64,000 bases of DNA, from positions 1,600,001-1,664,000 of the forward strand of contig OZ242365.1 in assembly GCA_965208905.1 (NCBI GenBank), given 5' to 3'. This stretch comes from Nitrosopumilaceae archaeon (GTDB lineage Archaea > Thermoproteota > Nitrososphaeria > Nitrososphaerales > Nitrosopumilaceae). Under the pieces are notes generated by a model. That model saw nothing but the letters and a program-made list of their open reading frames with translations, did not search any database and was not told the DNA's origin. How positions within the stretch are numbered: the first letter of the stretch is position 1; each line of letters begins with the position of its first letter. Of the stretch, positions 38,096 through 48,861 are shown piece after piece. The position numbers and the translations under genes are program-made.

Positions 38096-40012
38096 ATGCA
38101 CCAGTTCCTTGAAGTCGGTACACTTATTTATACATACCAGATCTGGAGTTTGAAAATGATGCCTGACTACGCGGACCTAGAAATGAAGGTGGAACTCACC
38201 GTTATAGAGGATCTTGGCATGAACCTGTACGGCAAGCTCCCTTCAGTCATATCAGAGCTGGTGGCCAACGCGTGGGATGCCGACGCAACCACGGTCAAGA
38301 TAACGCTGGACGAGGGCGAAGTTAACGAGAGCACCAAAATCGTTGTTGAGGATGACGGGTACGGTATGTCGTACGACGACATTCAGGACAAGTATCTGCG
38401 GGTTGGGCGAAAGCGACGCGACGAAGAACGCGAGATAACCCCCAAAGGAAGAAAGGTCATGGGCAGAAAAGGCATAGGCAAGCTGTCGGTGTTTGGAGTG
38501 GCGACCGACACCAAGATCAAAACCGTCATGCAAGGCAAGATGACCGTATTTCAAATGAATGTCGACAATATGATCAAGATGGCCAGGGAAAACCGAAAGT
38601 ACTACCCAGACACAAAATGCCAAAATAGTATGACTGATGAGGTGCAGGGTACCACCATCACGCTCACTAACCTGAAACGAAAGAGCGACATAGATGCCGA
38701 AGCGATTCGGAGAAGCATCGCTAGACATTTTTCCGTAATAGGTGAGGAGTTTACGGTATCGGTAAACGGACGTGACGTTTCGCCCTCCGACAAGATCAAC
38801 AAGTCCGCATTAAAAGAGGATGTGTGGGAGTTTGACGAGTTTGTTGACGATAAGCGCAAATGGCGCGTGTCTGGCTGGATCGGCGCGACGGAGAGTACGC
38901 TGGACGAGGAAGATCTCGGCGTTACGATAATGGCCAGGGGGAAGATGATCCAGAGGTCCACCATGTTTGACGTTAAGAGCGGAAACAGGTTTTACTATTC
39001 GTATATTACGGGACAGATTGACGCAGAATTCTTTGATGCGGAGTTGGATCTCATGTCCACGAACAGACAGTCCGTAATATGGGATACGCCCCAGGGGGAT
39101 ATGTTGAAGAAGTGGGGTGCGGGCAAGATTCGCGAAATATCGGGAAAGTTGGCTGAAACACGAAGAACCCGAAGCGAAGAAATTCTGATGAGCGAGCCGG
39201 AATTTGACGTCTGGCGCAAGGGACTTGAGAGAAGGGAAAGACAGAAGGCAGACAAAATCATATGCATTCTAACTGCAAAAGAGAATATGAGCGATGAGAG
39301 ACGGAAGGAAATCATGCAGCACATCATAACCGTGTTCGAGCAGAACGTGTTTCAGGATCTGTTGGCAGAGCTTGAAAAAAATGAGGATCCGGCTACCCTG
39401 CTGAGCGTATTTGAGCAGTGGGACATAGTAGAAGCGCGCGAGATCGAAAGGGTGGTCAAAGGCAGGCTCAAAACCATAGAAATGTTAAGAGAACATATCG
39501 AGAAACGCTCCACAGAAGTACCAAAACTACACAACTATTTCAAAAAATGGCCTTGGATGCTGGATCCTACTTGGACGAAGTGGCGCCATGAGGTCCACTA
39601 TTCCGAGATTCTACGGCATAATTTTCCAGAAAAACGGCTAAATGAGGGTAATCGCCGCTTGGACTTTATTGCAGTGGGTACGGGTGACACGATACACGTA
39701 GTGGAACTGAAAAGACCAGGATACGCAATAACCGAGAAAGATATGATACAATTGATCAACTACGTGGAATTCGTCAGAGAGAAATTGGGGAACGACGATG
39801 AGAGGGGCTACAGCGCTGTTGCCGGATACATTGTTGCGGGAAAGATACCGCGCTCCCGTACCGTGCGAAAACTGATTGAGGAGGGAAAGCCGTCCAGGCG
39901 CTACGTCAGAACGTACGACGGCTTACTCACGACGGCTAAAACTCTTCATGCCGCATTTGAAGAAAAACTGGCCGAATTCAGTCATTCCACAAGAGACGAT
40001 AAAGATGACTAA
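38096..40012 (+). CDS. GHKL (MutL/MORC-like) ATPase fused to a PD-(D/E)xK nuclease
   Basis: ELVANAWDA, EDDGYGM, GRKGIGK, GTTI; C-terminal RLDF...VVELK; true start probably ~38156. Confidence 0.85.
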   Translation: MHQFLEVGTLIYTYQIWSLKMMPDYADLEMKVELTVIEDLGMNLYGKLPSVISELVANAWDADATTVKITLDEGEVNESTKIVVEDDGYGMSYDDIQDKYLRVGRKRRDEEREITPKGRKVMGRKGIGKLSVFGVATDTKIKTVMQGKMTVFQMNVDNMIKMARENRKYYPDTKCQNSMTDEVQGTTITLTNLKRKSDIDAEAIRRSIARHFSVIGEEFTVSVNGRDVSPSDKINKSALKEDVWEFDEFVDDKRKWRVSGWIGATESTLDEEDLGVTIMARGKMIQRSTMFDVKSGNRFYYSYITGQIDAEFFDAELDLMSTNRQSVIWDTPQGDMLKKWGAGKIREISGKLAETRRTRSEEILMSEPEFDVWRKGLERRERQKADKIICILTAKENMSDERRKEIMQHIITVFEQNVFQDLLAELEKNEDPATLLSVFEQWDIVEAREIERVVKGRLKTIEMLREHIEKRSTEVPKLHNYFKKWPWMLDPTWTKWRHEVHYSEILRHNFPEKRLNEGNRRLDFIAVGTGDTIHVVELKRPGYAITEKDMIQLINYVEFVREKLGNDDERGYSAVAGYIVAGKIPRSRTVRKLIEEGKPSRRYVRTYDGLLTTAKTLHAAFEEKLAEFSHSTRDDKDD

Positions 40013-40114
40013 CAGATTGGATGAAAACCTCTGGAGGAAAAGGTAGGTCTGGTTTGATGTCAAGGCGTTTGAATGCCAGATGCGTGTTTGTCAATCGAAA
40101 ATGCATTGGTCGGA

Positions 40115-41116
40115 TCAAGCAGTTGCATGAACAACTATCGCCTCGCCCAACGCCTTGGCCATGAGCGGCGGTACCGCGTTGCCTATGTGAGCGGCATTTC
40201 TGGTCATGCAGGAGTAAAATACGTAATCGTCACCGAACGACTGGAGAGCCGCCGCCTCGCGTACCGATATTGCCCTATGCTGTTCGGGATGACCGAACCT
40301 CCCGTTGCTAAAACTTATGCACTTGCAGGTAAGAGTCGGAGCGGGTGCGTCCCAGCGCATCCTTCCGTAGGTATCGGTGTGGCCCGTATGATTCAAGTGG
40401 CACCCTGTCCACATACTCCTTTCGGTATCGGTCCTCGATCCGCCGTTTATGGGCGTACGTTTTATCCGTTCTAGGAGTCGATTCGACAGACGGGGCGCAA
40501 CGTGATTTTTCACGTCCGGTACGCTCTGACCCACCTTCATTTCCGGAAAGTGGGATATTGCGTGTCGAACGGTTTTGATCTCGTCGTTGCCGTCGGGTAT
40601 GGATATGCGCCCTTTTCTGGAGGCGAGCAGAACGTAGCGCCGTCGGGTCTGCGGCACCCCGTAGCGTTTGGCGTTGACTACGCGTTCGTCCACAACGTAT
40701 CCGTTATCGTTCAACGTTTTCCGAAAGGCGGTTTTAAACGGGTTGTTCTTGCGGAATCCGGGCACGTTTTCGATCAATATATAGTCCGGTAAAACGTCCT
40801 TGACGATATCCCCTACGCATCCTATCAGGGACCTGCGCTCGTCGTCGGCTCCACGTGGGGCGTGTTGGGAAAACGGTTGGCAGGGGGCGCATCCGGCCAA
40901 CAGCAACCCCTCGTCGCGATTCACCCCGTCTATCACATCGTCCGAAGAGATATCGCGTATGTTTGCGTGAACGAACTCGGCGCCCGGATTGTTTCGTTCG
41001 TAGGTTTCCTTGACGGCTTTGTCCGCGTCTATGCCTCGAACTACTCGTACGCCAGCGTCCAGCAAGCCGCGCGTGAGGCCGCCCGCACCGCAGAATATGT
41101 CGACGCAGTACACCAT
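40115..41116 (-). CDS. dcm: C5 cytosine methyltransferase
   Basis: DIFCGAGG, PCQPFS, ENVPG, PQTRRR, IGNAVPP. Confidence 0.95.
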   Translation of the reverse strand: MVYCVDIFCGAGGLTRGLLDAGVRVVRGIDADKAVKETYERNNPGAEFVHANIRDISSDDVIDGVNRDEGLLLAGCAPCQPFSQHAPRGADDERRSLIGCVGDIVKDVLPDYILIENVPGFRKNNPFKTAFRKTLNDNGYVVDERVVNAKRYGVPQTRRRYVLLASRKGRISIPDGNDEIKTVRHAISHFPEMKVGQSVPDVKNHVAPRLSNRLLERIKRTPINGGSRTDTERSMWTGCHLNHTGHTDTYGRMRWDAPAPTLTCKCISFSNGRFGHPEQHRAISVREAAALQSFGDDYVFYSCMTRNAAHIGNAVPPLMAKALGEAIVVHATA

Positions 41117-41117
41117 G

Positions 41118-41543
41118 TTACGATACCTCCGCCCCGCTATTTATTTTTAGTAAAACCGATTCGGGATCGTTCGCCTCGTGCTCCCATATCTCGACCACGG
41201 CAAATCCCAAAGACTCCAATTCGATTTTTACTTTGTCGCGCCGTCTTCGATTACCTTCTATCTTGGAGCGCCAAAAATCGACGTTGGTTTGGGGCAAGGT
41301 GCGACACGTTGGGCATCCGTGCCAAAAGCAACCGTCCACGAATATCGCCATTCGTTTACTCTTGTTGGATATGTCGGGCGTTCCCGGTAGCGTTCTGTCG
41401 TGTATCCTGTACCGAAAACCGGCCCTCCACAATATTCGACGAACCGAGAGTTCGGGTTTCGTGTTCTTTGACCGTACGCTGGACATTATCCTGCTACGCG
41501 CCTCCGCCGAAACCCGGTCCGTCATTGCTGACGTCTGGTCCAT
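41118..41543 (-). CDS. vsr: Very-short-patch repair endonuclease
   Basis: RSRIMS..NTKPE, PGTPD, FVDGCFWHGC, IWE. Confidence 0.95.
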   Translation of the reverse strand: MDQTSAMTDRVSAEARSRIMSSVRSKNTKPELSVRRILWRAGFRYRIHDRTLPGTPDISNKSKRMAIFVDGCFWHGCPTCRTLPQTNVDFWRSKIEGNRRRRDKVKIELESLGFAVVEIWEHEANDPESVLLKINSGAEVS

Positions 41544-42013
41544 GCGGTATTAAACTGTTAAATCTGAAGGGGACCGGTAAGAAATGCTGACTTATACGCG
41601 ACTGGGAAAGTACGGACCTGGAGTCTAGGCGTGTGGAGCGGAAACATACGTAGATCACAAACCCCTCCCGGCCGCCACAACTTTCCCACCCAGCCCAGAT
41701 TAACGACACATACCGTTAATCATACTGAAAAAAATTATTCGGGTGGTTGGTTGTTTACCCAGCCGGTCTGCCATACATGCGGCCTGCGCCAACCGCCGCT
41801 TCTGTATGGCTTCCCGGCCAATGCCAGGTGGCTTACAGGGGCGTGCACGCCTCCAAGGCAGCGTGGTGGCGCGCGGGTAACAATCCGAATCAGACCCAAT
41901 CTGGCGCCCGCCACGCCGTCCCGACCGCTAGAACCATGCACGAGGAGAATCTGGTCTGAACTATTTCGTCCACGTTTACTCATATTTGTGTGAGCTGTGT
42001 AATAATCGGCGCT

Positions 42014-44109
42014 GTAACATGTCACCTCCCCCACTTTCTGTAGTCATGGCATCTATCAAACAGGCGTCATTATCTATGCCAAGATGATGTGTTAAACGGC
42101 AACGAGAGCCAATATGTTGTGCTTAAATAGCGATGTTACGATCTTCTCATGATCACTACAAAATGAGAAGACAGCAACATCACCAACAAACACTTGCAAA
42201 AAGCATATTTAACGATAATCGGTCAATAGGAGATGAACGTGACGCCCTGATAACACAACAGATGGATGAGATAGCACGTCTAAAGGCAGACATCAAGCAT
42301 AATTCCCAAATGTATGATGAAAAGGATGCAGTGTATGTAAAGATAGACAGTAGTGTATGTAAAATCACCGAGCGCTGCAATATGCTCTTCACGAAGGGAA
42401 AATATGACGCAACAGCCAGAGAGCAGATACTGTTGGACCTGTCACGTTCCACTGTAGAATATGCAGACCACAAAAGCCGGGAAACAAAGGAGATAATGAA
42501 AAGACTTGCCGCCATGGCCGGTGAGGTGGAGGATCTCAAGGCAAGGATGAAGGACGTTGAGCGCAGGGACGCTGCAAACGACTCGGGATCGACGCCGCCC
42601 TCACACGGCACCATAACACGGCAGCAGATAAGGGCGCGGCACCAGCAAGAAAACGAACAGGCCGCAACCCCGGCCAAGATGGGCCCGCCAAAGGGTCACA
42701 CGGGCCATGCACGCTCATATGATGTGGATGACAGGGTGGACCTTTCACTTGACACATGTCCTGACTGCGGCCGGCCGCTTGTACGGCTGGACCGATACTC
42801 CAAGGTGGCACTTGAGCTTGAGAAAATCGGAGTTACAGAGAAGCTGTACGACGTGTATCTTTACATGTGCGGCACGTGCGGTCCCATATCAACCGAGCCC
42901 GACTGGATGCTTAACGGCACCAGCATAGGCAAGAAGTGGTTGATCAAAATTATCAGATTGTCTCACACCAACAAGAGCATGTCGGAGTTAAGCGAGACAA
43001 TCGAGATAGCATACGGCAAAAGGCTGTGCCGCGATACACTCAAGAAGGCATTGGAGACAAGCCAAGCCCCGTTGCGGCCGGAGATCGATACAATACAGGC
43101 CAATATCGCAAAATCCGAGTCGGGTCACCTTTATGATACGGTCATGCCCCTTGGCCGGGACAGGAACACATATGACTGCAAGACCCGTGATAGGGCAGGC
43201 GGTAATGGCAATGATGATAACCGGGGCAGGGCAGGCAAAGACGGCCGTATGTGGGTCATGGTCGGGGACAGAAATTGGGTCAGGTACATGGCCGCCCAGA
43301 CACGCACCAAAGCCGAGATGATGGCGAATTTTCCGTATCCAGACCTGCCGATACACTGTGATGCGTATCCCGCACACAATTATTTTCAGGTACGCCAGCT
43401 GTGCTGGGCACATGTCAAGACCAAGGTTGAAAACGGGGTCATCAAGAACGACGCCCCTACAGGACAGTATCTTTATCACCGGCTCATGAACATATACCAT
43501 CATGTCAAGGATCTGCTGCCTGACACGCCAATACAATACATACAACACATCATATCCGAAACAGAGACAATAGGCCGACTCCTCTTGCAGGAGGGCATAA
43601 ATGCCGGAACCTGCGTGCGCAACTGTGCACCATACCTGTTCACGGCAGTCACCCACACGTCCATGGAGTTTACAAACAACCTTGCCGAGCGTCTGCTGCG
43701 CAGGTACGTGATTCGGCGCAAGGTGACATACAGATTTGCCACGCTGCGTGGGGCGCAAAGATACTGCACTATTGCAAGCTGCCTTGAGACGTGGAAGCTT
43801 CAGGGCAGAAACGCCCAGACAGAGCTTGAGCGGCTCTTTGGAATATGACTTGAATCCCTGTACATGCAGGGCCGTAGGAAAACACCAGCCCGCAGAGGGA
43901 CGCACAAGGCTGCGCACATCATTTTGATATCACATATGTGGCAACGGCCCATACCGCACAACAAACCAATTCACGTCAAATCCGCAACAGCCTGTGGACG
44001 TACACTTGCATGACATGGTCATAATACACATCCCATTACCGATTCCGGTGTGATTTTGCACGATGTTCATGCCTGTGCCTAAACAGGTTGGGGGGAGGTG
44101 ACATGTTAC
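42014..44109 (+). mobile_element. IS66-family element (single-ORF, ISBst12-like), 2096 bp
   Basis: 19-bp TIR GTAACATGTCACCTCCCCC at both ends; 8-bp TSD TCGGCGCT at 42006-42013 and 44110-44117. Confidence 0.95.
42133..43848 (+). CDS. IS66 transposase
   Basis: Coiled coil, SGSTPPS, CPDCG..CGTCG, QLCWAH, TNNLAER. Confidence 0.92.
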   Translation: MLRSSHDHYKMRRQQHHQQTLAKSIFNDNRSIGDERDALITQQMDEIARLKADIKHNSQMYDEKDAVYVKIDSSVCKITERCNMLFTKGKYDATAREQILLDLSRSTVEYADHKSRETKEIMKRLAAMAGEVEDLKARMKDVERRDAANDSGSTPPSHGTITRQQIRARHQQENEQAATPAKMGPPKGHTGHARSYDVDDRVDLSLDTCPDCGRPLVRLDRYSKVALELEKIGVTEKLYDVYLYMCGTCGPISTEPDWMLNGTSIGKKWLIKIIRLSHTNKSMSELSETIEIAYGKRLCRDTLKKALETSQAPLRPEIDTIQANIAKSESGHLYDTVMPLGRDRNTYDCKTRDRAGGNGNDDNRGRAGKDGRMWVMVGDRNWVRYMAAQTRTKAEMMANFPYPDLPIHCDAYPAHNYFQVRQLCWAHVKTKVENGVIKNDAPTGQYLYHRLMNIYHHVKDLLPDTPIQYIQHIISETETIGRLLLQEGINAGTCVRNCAPYLFTAVTHTSMEFTNNLAERLLRRYVIRRKVTYRFATLRGAQRYCTIASCLETWKLQGRNAQTELERLFGI

Positions 44110-44271
44110 TCGGCGCTTGAAAAGTCCATGTGAGATTTACAATATTTTTTCAGAAAGATGTGATTTTTACATTTTACCTAATCTGATGAGGTGTTGCGCA
44201 GCCTGATCCCCACATAGTCTTGTACGGTAGGACCTCTATGATTGTCGGTAGTCAAGGTGTGTCGAGCTCGA

Positions 44272-45741
44272 TCAATTCGGACAGTCTCCTCGTATAGTTG
44301 TGTCAACACGTGTCAGCGCGGTACTGGCAATACTTCCCAACATTCTACTCAGTTCCAACTCATACTCGCGGGTTACGTCTTCGGCCCCACTAGTTGCATG
44401 GGCCGCCTCGTGGAGCAGTACACCGGCATACTCACTGAGACTGGATAGTGTCGTTCTCTTGACTGTGATATACTCCCCATCCCATATGCCGTCCACGTCA
44501 AACTGCCCCGGTCTCATGGTCTCAGAGATGCGTACGCCTCCCGCTAGATGCCGCGCGCCAACCAACTCTAGAATAGATTCAGTCCTGTCCCATATACCAC
44601 TCTCGGCCGGGCCGAGGTCAGCAGGGTCCACGAACCGGAACTCAAAGCGCTCATTGAGATCAGTCACGTACTGTGTCATGTCGTGTACCATACCGCCGGC
44701 CTCATCTTTGGCACCGGCCAGCTTGCTCCATATACTGTCGGTAACTGTAACAATAGTCCTACCCTCACACCGCGCGTCATCCATGACAGCAGCCATCTCG
44801 CGCTGCTCACCGGCAGTTGCAAATATGACCGGGTTGTCACCCGCGTTGAGCAACTTACATGCCCTGACGGCGACATCGACCCATTTTGTTTCGTCACGTT
44901 GCTGTCCAGTCTCATGCTCGCCGATGTCGGCAGCCAGCATGACTGCAACATTGGTGCTTTTTGCCTCCAATAGAATTGACTTTACGCGCTCTGTGTACGC
45001 CTGGCGTCCGACGTTGGCCCGCTCCCGGTTGAGCATGCTCCTCATCTTCTTCGTTGGTTTGGTTATATCATACGAGAATAGAAAGTTGTCCTCGGTGGAT
45101 ACCAACACGCCGTTCACGTATATACGGCTGGGTCCGCTAACTGGCCTCCTAATGATGTCCCCAAACTTGGTGGACTCCAAGTCCTCCTCTCTACTGAACC
45201 TCCTGAACAGGGACTTTGCTCCCTCTATCTCATCTGGCTGTACGTTCTCCAGTATCACCTCCGTTCCAACCATCTCAGCATCATCCGGCGGACTGACCAG
45301 CGCATGGAGTGTAGTGATGTCCTCGAACCCGTGCTTTTCAGCCAGCTTTGTGGTGAGTGTGCAATGCCGTGAGGATATTCGTACATTCACGCCGCGCCTG
45401 TCAAATACCGCCAAGGCATCCTTCAGGCCAACCCCGAACCTCCCTATGACTGGAGCCTTTCCGGATGTCTTTTCGTCATCTTCGTTCTGCGTGAGATGCT
45501 CCGGCTTGATACCGCGTCCCCAGTCCCGGACGACGAACGACTTTTTGGCGGTCTTTCGTATCTCAATATCTTTGGTACTGGTCAGTAACTGTTCGTCCAG
45601 CGCGTTGGCTATTATCTCGCGGATGGCGTGCTTCACTTCCCAATCGTCCAGAACCTCCTCTATGTTCAGATCAAACTTGCACTCTTCCGTGGTTGATTCC
45701 CGTTTGCTCCTGTATTTGATCCCAAACAAACCCATGATCAA
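44272..45741 (-). CDS. GHKL ATPase with C-terminal HExxH motif
   Basis: REIIANALDE, DWGRG, GRFGVGLK, GTEV; LLHEAAH. Confidence 0.8.
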   Translation of the reverse strand: MIMGLFGIKYRSKRESTTEECKFDLNIEEVLDDWEVKHAIREIIANALDEQLLTSTKDIEIRKTAKKSFVVRDWGRGIKPEHLTQNEDDEKTSGKAPVIGRFGVGLKDALAVFDRRGVNVRISSRHCTLTTKLAEKHGFEDITTLHALVSPPDDAEMVGTEVILENVQPDEIEGAKSLFRRFSREEDLESTKFGDIIRRPVSGPSRIYVNGVLVSTEDNFLFSYDITKPTKKMRSMLNRERANVGRQAYTERVKSILLEAKSTNVAVMLAADIGEHETGQQRDETKWVDVAVRACKLLNAGDNPVIFATAGEQREMAAVMDDARCEGRTIVTVTDSIWSKLAGAKDEAGGMVHDMTQYVTDLNERFEFRFVDPADLGPAESGIWDRTESILELVGARHLAGGVRISETMRPGQFDVDGIWDGEYITVKRTTLSSLSEYAGVLLHEAAHATSGAEDVTREYELELSRMLGSIASTALTRVDTTIRGDCPN

Positions 45742-45878
45742 AAATAAGTTATAATGTATTTAAACCCCACACACAGAAAACTATAATGTTGTCCGAGAGT
45801 GACGCTTGCATCGTCCCCCAGTCACACTACAACTTCGATACAACCACGTTTAGATATATCCGGCATCATTGATCATGT

Positions 45879-46187
45879 ATGGCTTGGTCAATCTTCACCG
45901 TCATCGTGATTGCTGTAGTATTATTCTTGGTTTGGAATTATACAGTAGACAACCCAGAGATACTGGAGGATATTGACGATGCAGTCCTGATACGCTGCAC
46001 GATAAGCGATATGCTGTACGAGAGATTGGTTGATGTTGGTTTAAACCGGGACCAAATACTTGTACTGGATGCCATGCTACAGGGTGAGAGAGTGTTGGCC
46101 GGAGACATACGCGACATAGCCAAACATGCCAAAGAAGTGAGCAAGTCAGTTGCGTGGAATGCCATATGTTATACTGCGGACAGTTAA
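45879..46187 (+). CDS. Membrane-anchored hypothetical protein
   Basis: N-terminal TM. Confidence 0.6.
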   Translation: MAWSIFTVIVIAVVLFLVWNYTVDNPEILEDIDDAVLIRCTISDMLYERLVDVGLNRDQILVLDAMLQGERVLAGDIRDIAKHAKEVSKSVAWNAICYTADS

Positions 46188-46398
46188 ATCTGGGAGCCGC
46201 ATATTCTTGAGCATGCGCTCGAACCACCACATAGTAAACCATTTACTATGCCCCAGACGGGTCTGAACTGTATAATAATCGGCGCTTGAAACACCTATAC
46301 AAGATTCCCAAAAAGGTGTAATTCCCGCATTCACCCAAACCCCGTCATACCTGCACATCTTGTGATAACCTTAAAACGTATCTGGCGAAAATAATAAC

Positions 46399-48861
46399 AT
46401 GAAGCCATTTCACAAGCTCCTCGAAGTCAGACCTGACGTGCGCGACGGGACGCTGGACCTGTCTGTATATGCGGCCAACCTCGGAGACGTAGTATCCAAG
46501 ATAGACAAGCCTGCCGCCAGAGAGTACCGCGACCCTGTACTGTTTAGAGAGATGACATACGAGACTGAAGGAATGCGCAAGGCATTGAACGATATTCGTG
46601 TACGATTACAGGAAGGCAGGGGGAACGGAGTGCGCCAGTTGGAGACTAGTTTTGGCGGCGGAAAGACGCACGCCATGATAGCAATGTACCACAAGTGCAC
46701 GGAGTGGAACGCAACACGTATAGCGATAGATTGCCAGTTTCTAGACACAGCCTATACGATATGGGGGGAGATGGAGCGCCAGTTAGACGGCACAATAACC
46801 AAGATGACTGGTCAGGTTGCGCCCTCCGGAGACAGAATCTACGAGCTGCTGTCAAACAGGGACAAACCCGTACTAATATTGATGGATGAGATATTCAACT
46901 ACATAAAGAGGGCGATTGCCGTAACGATTGGCAACTCTGATCTGGCGGCCCAGACAACCACATTCATGCAGAACCTCAACGGTCAGCTTGGCAGTCTGCC
47001 AAACGTATGCCTGGTGATGTCATTATCCAACCGCGATGATGTCCTCAAGGCGGACAACAAGACTGCGCGAACGGAGAACGAATATTACGAGAAACTACAA
47101 CGCATAGCCGGACGGCACCTACAACCTGTAACCATATCTGAGGATAATGACATATCCCATATTATACGCCGTAGGCTCTTCAAGACCGACGAGGGTATAA
47201 TATCAGACCGCGCACAGGACACAATACAGTATTGTATGGACAAGATGAAGGAGGGCGGCCTCATATCTGCCGATGATGTAAAGTCATACACCACGCGATT
47301 CAGCAACACATACCCCTTCACGCCAGACGTAATAGACATACTGAACAACAGGTGGGGGTCGTACCCAACCTTTCAAAGGACACGTGGTGTGTTGCGGCTA
47401 TTGTCGCTGGTTGTACACTCAATGCTGAAATCCAAAAGAGGGTGGATTGCACCAGGCGACATAGACCTTTCTGTATCCGCGATACGGGGAGAGTTGCTCA
47501 AACATTCAGGAGACAATACCGCGAGTGTGGTTGACGCAGACATAGTTGGAAGTAGTGCGTGGGCTAGGAAAGCGGACGGGGATACGGGCGTGCGCTGTGC
47601 AACAAGCATATTCATGTACTCGTTTCCACCCAAGATAGGTCATGGCGCAACACTTGAGGAGGTAAAGCGCGCCTCGTTCACGGACCAAACATCACACTGG
47701 GTTGCGGGTGACTCGGTGGGCAAACTAAAACGGCGCTGCTTCTATCTGGAAGAGACTGATGAGGGAATGTTGTACTTTGACATTAACCCCGGCATCAACC
47801 ACATGATAGACCAGGCCAAGCGGAACGTAACTGACGCTGCCGTACATGATGCGGAGCGACATCTGTTGGACGGGGCGAGGGATGGCGGCAGGTTTGTCAA
47901 CATACACATATGGCCTGATGAGACCGAGGCGTACAATATACCGGACAGGCCGGTTTTACAGTTGATAATATGCAAGAAGAACAACCCGGAGTGGTGCAAG
48001 AGGGTGGTAGACGGAACGAACAAGTCACGCCGCACAAACATGAACGGTCTGATATTTGTGCTTCCCACGGATGGAATTGTGCTAAATGACATGTTACGTT
48101 TACAGTTGGGCGCAGAGTCCGTACACTCACACATGAAAAATACGACAGAATATACATCCGCACGACGCTCATACGTAAACTCGGAGATTAATCGGGCTAG
48201 GGAGGTGATGGGTGATGAGTTGTGCAAAAAGTACTCGGTGGTGTATGTACCGGACAGGGAGGAGGGCGTAATCAAGTTTAATGAATACCTGTTTAATCCC
48301 CGTCAGGATAGTAACATATCGCTGGATGTTCTGTTGTGGGAGCGTCTCGTACGGGACAACCAGATAGCGGAAAATATAGCTCCGGATATAGCCAGAGAGC
48401 ACGGGAGTGACGCCGATAGCGTATATGATACAATGATACGCATACCGGGCAATGCGATGCCTGCATCCTTGGAGGTTGTACGAAGGGCGTTTGAGACTGA
48501 AGAGGTGGAAGATGGGCCTGAACCGGAACCCACCACACCCGCAACGGGTGGTTCAATCTGGGGTGGATTTTCGCCTGGTGAGAGGCCTGTTGAGCCGGAA
48601 CCTCCCGAGTCAGAGGCGACGCATGAAAGGATGGTATACACAGATGTGCTTGATGCAGTAGGAGTGGCTGATATTCGTAGCATACTTTGGGCGCCACAAA
48701 AACTATCTCTTAATGGATTTACCTGTAATATAGACAAGCGTCCTGATGGAATGTATGATGTGCGTCTGGAGATGAGCGGGAAGATACCTGATAGTTTTGT
48801 ATCTACCATAAGGCCCACCAACCGGGGAAATGTGGAGATAGATGGCGGCTGGGACGAATAG
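46399..48861 (+). CDS. DUF499 AAA+ ATPase
   Basis: YAANL, FGGGKTH, LILMDE, IIRRRLF, YPF, FQRTRGVLR. Confidence 0.9.
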   Translation: MKPFHKLLEVRPDVRDGTLDLSVYAANLGDVVSKIDKPAAREYRDPVLFREMTYETEGMRKALNDIRVRLQEGRGNGVRQLETSFGGGKTHAMIAMYHKCTEWNATRIAIDCQFLDTAYTIWGEMERQLDGTITKMTGQVAPSGDRIYELLSNRDKPVLILMDEIFNYIKRAIAVTIGNSDLAAQTTTFMQNLNGQLGSLPNVCLVMSLSNRDDVLKADNKTARTENEYYEKLQRIAGRHLQPVTISEDNDISHIIRRRLFKTDEGIISDRAQDTIQYCMDKMKEGGLISADDVKSYTTRFSNTYPFTPDVIDILNNRWGSYPTFQRTRGVLRLLSLVVHSMLKSKRGWIAPGDIDLSVSAIRGELLKHSGDNTASVVDADIVGSSAWARKADGDTGVRCATSIFMYSFPPKIGHGATLEEVKRASFTDQTSHWVAGDSVGKLKRRCFYLEETDEGMLYFDINPGINHMIDQAKRNVTDAAVHDAERHLLDGARDGGRFVNIHIWPDETEAYNIPDRPVLQLIICKKNNPEWCKRVVDGTNKSRRTNMNGLIFVLPTDGIVLNDMLRLQLGAESVHSHMKNTTEYTSARRSYVNSEINRAREVMGDELCKKYSVVYVPDREEGVIKFNEYLFNPRQDSNISLDVLLWERLVRDNQIAENIAPDIAREHGSDADSVYDTMIRIPGNAMPASLEVVRRAFETEEVEDGPEPEPTTPATGGSIWGGFSPGERPVEPEPPESEATHERMVYTDVLDAVGVADIRSILWAPQKLSLNGFTCNIDKRPDGMYDVRLEMSGKIPDSFVSTIRPTNRGNVEIDGGWDE

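Noticed and set aside
44300-45754. 484-aa plus-strand ORF (also 224..802, 42988..43917, 29308..30057 and many short ones)
   Set aside because: Antisense shadows of better-supported genes on the opposite strand; many are Ser-rich and none has motifs.
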